A stretch of DNA of 56,744 nt, filler included, from Stramenopiles sp. TOSAG23-3 (Eukaryota), in the NCBI GenBank assembly GCA_900128585.1. It is 3 parts of 3 records of this genome, joined end to end, with 100 filler letters (N's around TTAATTAATTAA, not from the genome) between each part and the next. Parts side by side here need not be neighbours in the genome. Positions count along the whole stretch, not along the records: positions 1 to 18,863 come from LT642416.1; positions 18,964 to 37,819 come from LT642417.1; 1 more part is not named here. The stretch is one strand, 5' to 3'. The stretch's first letter is position 1; every line of letters begins with the position of its first letter. Made by a program: the position numbers and the translations under genes. The notes beneath the pieces are model-generated. The model was not told the DNA's origin. It saw only the letters and a list, made by a program, of their open reading frames with translations, and ran no database searches. Shown here piece after piece: positions 11,109-19,346 of this stretch.

Positions 11109-11202
11109 AACCTTACTACTATTGATGTTTACATAAACAAAAGAGTCGCATTTATAACCTTACTACTATTGATGTTTACATAAACAAAAGAGTCGCATTT
11201 AT
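11109..11202 (+). repeat. Perfect 47-bp tandem duplication
   Basis: AACCTTACTACTATTGATGTTTACATAAACAAAAGAGTCGCATTTAT at 11109-11155 and 11156-11202. Confidence 0.95.
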
Positions 11203-11203
11203 A

Positions 11204-11470
11204 TGCACGAAATGGTGGGAAGGGACTTTCTTTCGCTTATGTGCTGAAAGGCTGTCCCTTGCCTTCCATCGCTGGCTTGTCAAAGTCTTGCCGTTGGACG
11301 GCACTTAACTTTGACTTGCAAGCTTTGGGCAGGTGGCATGCGGTCCATCCTCCTGCTCGTACCGTTGAGTTTATCTCTTCGGCCAAGGCGTACTCGCTCG
11401 TGCCGAAAGTGCAGGCGCCAAACGCCCGTGGCGACCACCGCCTTTGGGGGCGGCGAAAGTGCAAACAAAG
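11204..11470 (+). ncRNA. Unassigned structured RNA candidate
   Basis: Stems AAGGGAC/GTCCCTT, GTCAAAGT/ACTTTGAC, TGCCGT/ACGGCA, GGGCAGG/CCTGCTC, CCGCC/GGCGG. Closing stem TGCAC/GTGCA, followed by ACA. Confidence 0.5.
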
Positions 11471-11580
11471 TAAGTGTAGAACCCCCCCCTCCGTTTTCCC
11501 TTCCTGACTGCCCCCCTCCCCCCTGTTCTCAGTTTCGTTCCCTCCAGCATTGATTGTCCTTTGCGCCAGAATCTTCATTG

Positions 11581-11668
11581 TTGCAAATGATAGTACGCAT
11601 ATATAATCTGTCAATCCCCTGAGCATTGCCAGTGACGATAACATATATTTTTTAAACTTTTGATGCAA
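11581..11668 (+). ncRNA. Box C/D snoRNA, SSU guide (U in GGAUUGACAGAUU)
   Basis: Stem TTGCA/TGCAA. C ATGATAG, guide AATCTGTCAATCC (13-nt antisense to 18S) before D' CTGA, C' GTGACGA, D TTGA. Confidence 0.85.
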
Positions 11669-11723
11669 TGAAGGAGTTCGAACTAGGCTCCCCTCTCTCC
11701 GTGAATTGACTTTACCGCTTGGG

Positions 11724-11808
11724 TACACAATGAAGATAATTGTTTAGCTATCGTATGCAACATCATAACGCAGTGACGATTCAACACCTCCTACTCATTC
11801 AGAGTGTA
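11724..11808 (+). ncRNA. Box C/D snoRNA, LSU Am1449-equivalent guide (snR24/SNORD76-type site)
   Basis: Stem TACAC/GTGTA. C ATGAAGA, C' GTGACGA, guide CCTCCTACTCAT antisense to LSU AUGAGUAGGAGG, D CAGA. The +5 rule gives the A of AUGAG. Confidence 0.8.
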
Positions 11809-11914
11809 TTTGCATAGTCAAACCAACGCACGAAAATTGGAGCCCAGCCCTGGGGCTCGTGCAATCCTCACACGCACACCGCTTGCGGCACCTGTCCGCT
11901 GCCCTCACGATTTT

Positions 11915-12042
11915 TTTTTTATGATGATAAAGTTCATGCACCATACTTAAAGTAGGCTCAATTGCTGGAGGTGCGATAGCACAAAGGCGGTTGTCCGTTA
12001 CGTGTGGAGAAACGATACCCATTTCAGTCTTTCTGAAGAAAA
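11915..12042 (+). ncRNA. Box C/D snoRNA, probable SSU guide (AAGGCUGAAA, snR41-type region)
   Basis: ATGATGA at 11921, CTGA at 12033. TTTCAGTCTT pairs with one G-U. ACCATACT matches the adjacent 18S AGUAUGGU. Confidence 0.65.
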
Positions 12043-12140
12043 AAAACCTGTGAGCGAAAGCAAAGTGGCGGCGACAAGGTTTTACCCAACAGCGCATTTT
12101 TGGGGCCTTGCGACGATATGGCGGGCGCAACTGTTGAAAT

Positions 12141-12221
12141 CCGGTGATGATCACATACCCATTTAATCTGAGACTGCAATATGTTGGTGGTTTAAATTGA
12201 AGAAAAATTATGATCTGAGCT
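12141..12221 (+). ncRNA. Box C/D snoRNA, LSU guide (UUAAAUGGGUA)
   Basis: C GTGATGA at 12144, guide TACCCATTTAA, D' CTGA at 12168, C' TTGAAGA, D CTGA at 12215. Confidence 0.75.
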
Positions 12222-12413
12222 TTTCTGGTTGTCTTTCCCTGGCCCGTGAATATCCTACCCTCTCTAAATTCTCTTCTTTAGCATGAGGTATCTCCACTCT
12301 TATTGACTTTTCAACAACGGAGTGATCATTTTTTGCATGCGAGACCAAACGCAAGCATGCATTTAGTTTGACAGTTTCTGAACACCTCTAATGTTGAAAA
12401 GCGTGTGCTCTCC

Positions 12414-12475
12414 GTGAGCCGCTTTTTGCATGGTTTGTTTCTGTGAAATTGCTCATGGTAGCGGCTTGCACATTG
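12414..12475 (+). ncRNA. H/ACA-type 3' hairpin candidate
   Basis: Basal stem GAGCCGCT/AGCGGCTT with internal loop, followed by ACA-TTG. Confidence 0.5.
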
Positions 12476-12666
12476 CGTCGTTTCTCCCCTCTCTTACTCG
12501 CCTGCCACGTATCGTACAAAACAAACTAACACAAAAATTGTTGAATAATGACAGCTTCCGTGTGGAACAGAAGAAAATCGCACACTTGGTGTGGACAGCT
12601 ATGCTTGACGTAAGTAAACAGAGAGTTTCTCCCCCGCCGCCTTTCTTGTTTGCACGCTGGGGTATT

Positions 12667-12757
12667 TTTTTGAAAAAGCTGATGAATTCACTATAATTAA
12701 CCATCTTTCGGGTCTGAGAGAAATCGATGAGAGATAAATAGTAATACCTGATTCAAA
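12667..12757 (+). ncRNA. Box C/D snoRNA, LSU Gm805-equivalent guide (snR39b-like)
   Basis: Stem TTTTTGAA/TTCAAAAA. C CTGATGA, 14-nt guide ACCATCTTTCGGGT antisense to ACCCGAAAGAUGGU directly before CTGA, D CTGA at 12746. Confidence 0.9.
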
Positions 12758-13031
12758 AATGTCTGCAGCGGACAAACGTTTCCGTCCTCTACTACCACGT
12801 TCAAAACCCGTCTCTTGGGCGTGCGTCTTCATCGAAGCCGAGGGTGCTCGACCTTCTCATGCATTTTCGGTCAATAGAAAGACCAGATCAACGAGTTCAC
12901 TTATGGGTGGGTTGGCTCTAGAATAATGGAGACCAATCCAATGGTGTCTCTACATCATTACTGTCCCTTCTTTAACTTTCGTTATTGCTCGTTTCAAGTT
13001 TCAACTAACCCGTCGTTCGCTTTGCTATTAA

Positions 13032-13167
13032 AGGAACCTTCCGGGAATGCTCCCGAAAGGACACTGGCAGGATCTGCCGAAGGGGCTTCCTGAGACCGTA
13101 AGTAGCTTCATGGACCTCTGCCCTGTACTTAATGGTAATCGTGCATCACTTTCCTTGCTTTACAGCT
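13032..13167 (+). ncRNA. Structured RNA / H/ACA candidate
   Basis: Nested stems AGGAA/TTCCT, CCTTC/GAAGG, CGGGA/TCCCG, GGCAG/CTGCC, then a second domain ending ACA-GCT. H box is not canonical. Confidence 0.45.
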
Positions 13168-13513
13168 TTCTCTACTAAGGTTTGGCATACATGACACGTA
13201 CAAAAAAGGAGCCTTTATCATACTCACCTTGCAGCTGAATTCCACGGCTTCATGGTCTTACTGGCCACGACATTTTTTCAAGTTTTCCTTCTTGCCCCTC
13301 TCGATTTATCCACTGCGAATTGCACTTTGCTAACATAATCGCGCCGTACTTGCCTTGCGCCTGTAGCCCCTCGAGGGAGGAGAACCCGGCAGCAGAGTTT
13401 GCTGTTTGTGAATGTGTGCTGTAAGTTTGCCTTTGCTTTCATGTCTACAAGTCCCCACCTCTCGAAGAAACGCAATTGCCCAGAATGGATTCCGAAAAAG
13501 AAATGTGTATTGC

Positions 13514-13615
13514 TTGATATGATGAATATTTTTCATGCGCGTCAATTGAGTCACGGGGTAATTACCGTGGCAAACGTGAAAAGAACTGCTCTTTTAATCC
13601 ATAATCTCTGATTCT
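13514..13615 (+). ncRNA. Box C/D snoRNA, LSU guide for C in GUGACGCGCAUGAA (SNORD10-type site)
   Basis: C ATGATGA at 13519, guide TTCATGCGCGTCA before D' TTGA, extra antisense TTAATCCAT, D CTGA at 13608. Confidence 0.85.
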
Positions 13616-13678
13616 ACATACACGTATAATTTCTGGGAACGTCATTGTGGCAGATCATGCACGACAGATCGCGTTTTG

Positions 13679-13802
13679 TGGCAGAAGGTTTCACTCTTGC
13701 GCTTTGCACTCGTGCCAAATGAACTTCTTGGTGGTCACTCTGGTGCTTTTCAGTTCCGTTATGGAGCGTATGAGATGAACCTGGGAAAGCCATCGTACAT
13801 AA
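13679..13802 (+). ncRNA. H/ACA snoRNA, copy 1 of the repeated 3' hairpin
   Basis: H box AAATGA, hairpin GGTGGT...GCCATC, ACA at 13797. Confidence 0.65.
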
Positions 13803-14272
13803 TTTTCTCGTTTTCAAACTTTGCAAAAAATTTTACCCTCGGCGCCTAACACAGACAATTTTTTTTTGCGTAGTATGCGACCAGCCGTAAGTACAGCCTT
13901 AAAAAACCCACGTCTTTCTTTCCCGCAGGTCCTCTGCCACGACTATCTTACCACAAAATGGATGAATAGTTGCCATGGACAATGCGAAGAGCTACAGTTA
14001 AGGATGCTAGTGCCAAAGGGGAGTTCGAAGGCCTCTAGGTACGCCGAAGCTTTGATGGATGATGAGTTTCACTAGTTTCCCAACGAAATTTTGCCGCAAC
14101 CCTCTTTCTCTCACAACCATCAAGGTCCAAGTATCTAACAAGAACCATCGCATTTTTATGTACGTAGCACGTGTGCCAATGTCGGTACCAATAAAAAGAT
14201 GAAAGCGACAAAGGTAAGTGAATCGATCGAAATCTCTCAACCGCATCTATCCCTTGCTCGTCTTTGCACTAG

Positions 14273-14375
14273 TTCCGATGATAGATATTTATACTTTCGT
14301 TCTATTGAGTCTGGGGTCATGCCTGGGCGTGAAAATTATTTGAATATGTTCTACACCAAGATCCGATCTGAGGAA
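14273..14375 (+). ncRNA. Dual-guide box C/D snoRNA (SSU Am974/snR54-type site plus LSU GAUCUUGGUG region)
   Basis: Stem TTCC/GGAA. C ATGATAG, ACTTTCGTTCT before D' TTGA, CACCAAGATC upstream of D CTGA at 14368. Confidence 0.8.
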
Positions 14376-14449
14376 TTTTTGTACTGACCCCGAGCCGAGA
14401 ACTGGAAGCAACCGTTCCCCGAAGCTGCACAAACGCTTTGCACAACAAT

Positions 14450-14532
14450 CAAGATATGAAGAAAACTATTGGTCCGTGTTTACGATCGCTACTAAAACTA
14501 GCATGAACTCACCTATAACCATGCCGATCTTG
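14450..14532 (+). ncRNA. Box C/D snoRNA U18/snR18-like (LSU Am649 equivalent)
   Basis: Stem CAAGA/TCTTG. C ATGAAGA, guide TTGGTCCGTGTTT antisense to AAACACGGACCAA, D' ACGA, D CCGA. Confidence 0.85.
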
Positions 14533-14573
14533 CAGAAGCATTGCCGTGTGCTGGTTCGGAAGGAAACGCAACT

Positions 14574-14665
14574 TGTCCTGATGATTATCGTATTTCTGAC
14601 ACCTCTTGTACGATGTTATGTAGGCGACTGCATATCAATGAACGTATATACGATTGTCTGAACAT
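14574..14665 (+). ncRNA. Box C/D snoRNA, snR48-type LSU region guide
   Basis: C CTGATGA at 14578, TTTCTGACACCTCT antisense to AGAGGUGUCAGAAA, degenerate D', D CTGA at 14658. Confidence 0.8.
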
Positions 14666-14731
14666 TTGCGCAAAGCTTTCCGGTTCGAGCGCGTCGACCC
14701 CCTCTTCTCTCTCTCCCTCCCTCCCTCCCTG

Positions 14732-14837
14732 TTCGTGATGCACCGCTGATTATATTATAGCAAAACATAGCCGTTTACCCGTCGTACTAATTACCATGGC
14801 GACTATCGACTTGAATGAGGTGTGTATGAGCTGAAAA
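14732..14837 (+). ncRNA. Box C/D snoRNA, LSU guide (CGGGUAAACGGC)
   Basis: C-like GTGATGC, 12-nt antisense GCCGTTTACCCG (14770-14781), D CTGA at 14831. Confidence 0.7.
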
Positions 14838-14859
14838 CTTAGTCAAAACACGAATAGAC

Positions 14860-14933
14860 GAAGATGACGAAACTTATGGATTCCCCTTCTTGATTTGCAG
14901 GTAGTCCAACTTGTATGTAGATTAATCTGAAGG
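14860..14933 (+). ncRNA. Box C/D snoRNA, LSU guide (AAGGGGAAUCC)
   Basis: C ATGACGA at 14864, GGATTCCCCTT before D' TTGA, D CTGA at 14927. Confidence 0.75.
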
Positions 14934-15181
14934 CTTTAGCCACCCGATTCGTATGCGATGGCACTTGGCATCATCGTAATACTGCCGTGTTTTACTATTT
15001 GATTTATATCAGCGTCCCCGTTCTTTTGTTGTCGAAGTGATCATGTTTTCAGTCCGCCACGAAAGAAAAGCATATTCTAATGCACGATTTGGTTTTGAGT
15101 TGCCACGCAATTCACTGTACTATCCCTTGTGCTTCGCTTTTATGCAAGAGAACCAATAAAAGTTTTTTGTTAAGCTTGGTC

Positions 15182-15241
15182 GGTGGTCATTCTGGCGCTT
15201 TTCAGCCAATGAGAAGAACCTGGGAAAGCCATCGTACAATT
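15182..15241 (+). ncRNA. H/ACA hairpin, copy 2
   Basis: Near-identical to 15490-15549 and 13730-13802. ACA at 15236. 5' half unclear. Confidence 0.65.
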
Positions 15242-15412
15242 TTATTATCTCCCTCTTCAAAAGAAATATGACAAAAGACATTTTATCTAACTCTTTCAAA
15301 CTCTTAGAACTACAAACAGCGGCACGGAATTGCCGAGGCACTGAAGTGCAACGTGAAAACGAACAGCAGGGTAAGTGGATTCTTCAAACGCTCCTCTTTA
15401 TGCTCTTTTTTA

Positions 15413-15549
15413 CCACCCCGCCAAACCAGCTTGCGTTGCATACTATTTCCCATAATCGCGAGTTAAACTGGGCGGGTAGAAAAACTTTTGGTGGTCATTC
15501 TGGCGCTTCTCAGTCAATGTGAAGAACCTGGGAAAGCCACCATACATTT
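15413..15549 (+). ncRNA. Two-hairpin H/ACA snoRNA (copy 3 of the repeated hairpin)
   Basis: 5' hairpin CCCGCC/GGCGGG plus AGCTTGCG/CGCGAGTT, H box AGAAAA at 15478, 3' hairpin GGTGGT/GCCACC, ACA-TTT at 15544. Confidence 0.8.
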
Positions 15550-15704
15550 GTTTGTCTCTTCACGCATCGCAAAATATTAAATTACTAACCTCACTCGTAG
15601 CACTCGGTCTGAGTGACCCAATAGTCCCAAGAATGATTTGTCGAGTAAGTATTGTCCATGGTGTTGAATCTCCACCCCTTCCTGCACACGTATCTAGAAG
15701 TCGA

Positions 15705-15790
15705 GGCTAATGATGAATAAACCTAACCTAAGAAACTTGAATTCAGAGTTCACGCTGTGATGAACCAAATTTGCACGTCAGTCTGAAGTC
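15705..15790 (+). ncRNA. Box C/D snoRNA snR72-like (LSU Am876 equivalent)
   Basis: C ATGATGA at 15710, D' TTGA, C' GTGATGA, guide ATTTGCACGTCAG antisense to CUGACGUGCAAAU, D CTGA at 15783. Confidence 0.9.
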
Positions 15791-16209
15791 TTTTGTACTT
15801 TACTAGTTTGTTGGTGCTTGGAAAGCTCTCTCCACCCTTCTTTTCCAAAAATGTATACGCTAACACGTCTTTCTCGTAAATCTTTTCTTTCAGTTCGGTG
15901 CTGAACGTGCTTCATTTATCGTATTTAAAAATGAAATATAAAATTAAAAACAATTTTCTTAATATCAGTAAAACTTTACCGGACAGAAATTTAAGTTCTT
16001 AAATACTTCGTTAATTCTTTTAACTTTTATCAATATGAACGTAATATATATATATGTTTTTTTTTATTCATATGTAAAATTCATACACACGGCTACCCTC
16101 TCGCACATCTTATGTCCTCAACCAGTGTAAAAATGCGTACGTAACGAGTTGCGAAGAAATCCGAACCGAACCTTCTTCTCCTGCTGATCTCTCGGCCTTT
16201 CCTTATAGC

Positions 16210-18357
16210 TCATAGTCCCCGCGCCCTTTGTTCAAAAATGCGGACCACCCCTTTGCTATCACCAACTAGGACAAACCTGGAATCGTTGGTGACGTTCGTT
16301 GTGCCTTCGTTTGATTTTGTGTCGCGAAGCAGAACGCCACTCTCCGTTCTCCCGATCTGTTCAGCCATCAGGGACGGTCCAAACATGGCACAAAAGGAAA
16401 CCGAATCGGTTCCCACGAAGCTTTCGTAGGCGTAGTTCTTGTTGCTGAATCGGTTAAAATCGAAGGACCGCTTGCCTTTCTTGCTACTGTCGTCGGTAAA
16501 CCAAATTACGACTCTCCCGTCCTCGCTGCCCCCGATTACTTTCGTTCCACTCTCGTTGAACGAGGTTATGATCAATGTCTGCTCAACTTTTGCACCTTTC
16601 AACTTCATCAACGGGTTGTAGTCCCGTATACGGTACAAGCGAACTCTCGAGTCACTCGTGGTTACGAGCAGCTCTTGGCCGTCTTTTCTCCAAGAGAACC
16701 CTGTCACCTTCTTGCCAACGCCACTTTTCAGTTTGTTTCTTCGGTTGCGGCATTCGATTTGCGTGTGGAAGTGCAGATTATTCTCAATGTAGAAAATACA
16801 GGCACCGTTGTACAGCCCTACCACGACCAGCTTCCCGTCCGGCGAGTACGAAATCGCGCTTATCTTGTGGGGGGTTTGCTGGAACTGAACTACACGATTT
16901 TTTGTAATGTTATAGACCCGGATCTTGCAATCGGAGCATCCAGTAACGAAGCGACCGACGTTGGTGGGGTGGAACGCAACGCAAGTGACTGCACTGGGAT
17001 GTGGGTATTTCTGCAGGCACTTCTTTTTGTCCACGTGCCACAACCGAACAGTTCTGTCAAGGCTTGCTGAGAGGAGAAAGCCTTTGTTCCAGGCCAGGGA
17101 GCAAACCCACTGCTCGTGCCCCTCGAATACGCGAAAAGGTTTTGCTTTGAAGGCTGGCTTTTCGCTCGGGTGGGGCTTCGGGTACACCCTGGACTCCGCA
17201 GTGGCACTGGCGCTTGCCTGCTCCGGTAAAACCTTCCCTGCGCTTTCGGCACCGTCGTTGGCTATTTCCCAAATACAAATTTTTTTGTCCTGCCCCGCTG
17301 TGGCCAGGTACAGCGGCCTCACAATTTTGTCGTTCAAGTCCGGTTCGCTCAACTGCATAGTAAATAAATAGCCTTTGTGACCACGCAACTCTTGGCGCAG
17401 GTACAACCCAGTATACTCTGCTGCTTTCCTCTTGTACATTTTTACAGGCGTCACGTTAGCGTCAAGGTCGGAGTGGTACGCGCTTTTCCGCCGGAGGCGG
17501 CTCCACAAGCCGCTGCGCGCGGCGCGGTCGGTACCGTGCCCGCCAACGGCGGAGGGCTTCGAGGCAGCCTGAGAGCCGTTTGGCCTGCTTCCGTCCTTGG
17601 TCATATTTCTCGAAAAGGCCGCAAAACCGTCTTTGTTCTCGTTGATTTGCCTAACAATCTCGTCGACGTTTCCAAGCACGTCCTCGGCCGTGTCTGCCCG
17701 AGAGTGGCCGCCGCCACGAACCGCGTCCACGGGGGCGGCGTCACGGTCTTCCGCCTCATCCCTTTTCAAATGGTCGCTGTCCCCCGCTTGATTTGTTTTG
17801 TCCAATGGGACTATGTCCCCATTATCATTGGTGTGCACTAAAATCCTGTACTTTTCGCCCTCATCGTTTATCTTTGTAAGATAAAATTGCCCTTCTGGCA
17901 GAACCTCTTCCCGCAACAAATCGGACTCGTTCCGTTGCCGCGGCTTGACTGCTTCTATTGTGGTGGTGTCCTCCGTTTGGACCGGCTCAGGGGCGGTGAC
18001 TAAATTTGGCGCCACTGGTTTCGCTTCCGCTTCTGCGTTCATCTCTGGCGTGGTTTCGGCCACTGACATCGCCCCTAGGAGCGAACTGTCCATCAAACCC
18101 GACAAATCGTCTACAGAGTGGCGGAGCCTCGACCCTACGCCCACGCCGGACTCGTCCATACTCGGGGAGTGCTGCCTAGCGTCCATGAATTCGTCCTCGT
18201 CCAAATTGCTCTGGTAATCGCTCTCGTATATGGAGTCAATAGACGTGGCAGTCCCACGAGCACTCCGAGGGCTACTGAGCCCGGCATCATCGTCACTGTC
18301 TACTATAATCTCTGTATCGGCACGCTCTCGAGAGGTGTCCAGCGTGAAAGAAGCCAT
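16210..18357 (-). CDS. WD40-repeat protein, WDR44-like
   Basis: LATAGQD, GH...LAW...FLLSASLDRTVRLWH, HP..VTCVAFHP, KKVTG, LLVTTSDSRVRLY. Acidic disordered N-terminus. Confidence 0.85.
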   Translation of the reverse strand: MASFTLDTSRERADTEIIVDSDDDAGLSSPRSARGTATSIDSIYESDYQSNLDEDEFMDARQHSPSMDESGVGVGSRLRHSVDDLSGLMDSSLLGAMSVAETTPEMNAEAEAKPVAPNLVTAPEPVQTEDTTTIEAVKPRQRNESDLLREEVLPEGQFYLTKINDEGEKYRILVHTNDNGDIVPLDKTNQAGDSDHLKRDEAEDRDAAPVDAVRGGGHSRADTAEDVLGNVDEIVRQINENKDGFAAFSRNMTKDGSRPNGSQAASKPSAVGGHGTDRAARSGLWSRLRRKSAYHSDLDANVTPVKMYKRKAAEYTGLYLRQELRGHKGYLFTMQLSEPDLNDKIVRPLYLATAGQDKKICIWEIANDGAESAGKVLPEQASASATAESRVYPKPHPSEKPAFKAKPFRVFEGHEQWVCSLAWNKGFLLSASLDRTVRLWHVDKKKCLQKYPHPSAVTCVAFHPTNVGRFVTGCSDCKIRVYNITKNRVVQFQQTPHKISAISYSPDGKLVVVGLYNGACIFYIENNLHFHTQIECRNRRNKLKSGVGKKVTGFSWRKDGQELLVTTSDSRVRLYRIRDYNPLMKLKGAKVEQTLIITSFNESGTKVIGGSEDGRVVIWFTDDSSKKGKRSFDFNRFSNKNYAYESFVGTDSVSFCAMFGPSLMAEQIGRTESGVLLRDTKSNEGTTNVTNDSRFVLVGDSKGVVRIFEQRARGL

Positions 18358-18863
18358 GGGTGGGCTGAAATTTTTCTGGAAGAATTGCTTGTCAAGAACT
18401 CCTCCTCCTGCGGTCTATCCTGTTGTCTGTGCTCGGGTACCGCTCCGGACGAAACTATACGCTCTGCAACAACACTCTCTATGCGTTAACAAACCTTTTT
18501 CACTCAACTTGCATTTAAATAATTCTCAATCCGTACGAGAAGCTGTTGTACGTTGGTGCGTTTGGCCAATTGGGAATTGGGAAATCGCGGACATCATTTA
18601 AAAAAATTTAATAATGAATGTTGTACAAAAAAAAAAAATAATAATGAGAGCAGCCGAGCAGCCGGACACACATATTATAAGACCTGCTGTTTCCCCTTAT
18701 GTACTATTAGTAGCGTACTTATAGTAGAACAAAAAATCTATTTGCTGTTGTTAAAAATGTTGGTGCAATTCCATGTACTTTGGACATTTTTGTTAAAAAA
18801 TAAAAGGACGACCGTCGTTGGTTTTTTTTAAGTAAAAGGCCATGATAGACAGATGTTCTACAA

Positions 18864-18963
18864 NNNNNNNNNNNNNNNNNNNNNNNNNNNNNNNNNNNNN
18901 NNNNNNNTTAATTAATTAANNNNNNNNNNNNNNNNNNNNNNNNNNNNNNNNNNNNNNNNNNNN
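18864..18963. other. Artificial contig linker
   Basis: N44-TTAATTAATTAA-N44, with stops in all six frames. Confidence 0.97.
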
Positions 18964-19346
18964 AAGAAGAAGAAGAAGAAGAAGAAAGAGAAGAAGAAGG
19001 CAGAGGGAGGCAGGGAGGAGGCAGCTAGAAGAATATTTAGACTATAGACTATTATATGTGTTTAATAATTTTTTATACTACAACACACACCATCATCCAA
19101 GATCCAAGAAGTAATATTCTATGGACTAGAAAATTGGACTCGGCTGCGTGCGGACTGCGGACAGAGGAGTACATTATTATAGCTATGACGTATACTTTCG
19201 ACGAGCAATAATTGTTGCAGTTTGCATTTGCTTTCGAAACGTTCAACATATTCGTATACGCGAGTTATTTTTTACGACTTACCAAGTGCGAAAGAGTCAA
19301 AGGAGCAAGAGACTGCGGTGCAATAGGAAAATCGGATACAAAGTGC

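Noticed and set aside
13001-13012. CTAACCC as a telomerase RNA template
   Set aside because: Only about one repeat unit with no supporting structure. Scattered TTAGGG-like words (367, 4824, 34093) are not arrays.
13345-13400. GCGCCTGTAGCCCC resembling the SRP RNA Alu domain
   Set aside because: No helix 6/8 motifs downstream; the context fits an H/ACA-like hairpin better.
13730-15549. Three repeats as a CRISPR array
   Set aside because: Irregular spacing (about 1450 and 310 bp), eukaryotic context and no cas genes.
11237-15710. Many short ORFs (60-163 aa) on both strands
   Set aside because: No protein motifs, and they overlap RNAs with clear boxes and rRNA guides.
18908-18919. TTAATTAATTAA palindrome as a biological site
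   Set aside because: Centred in N runs twice; it is an artificial linker.
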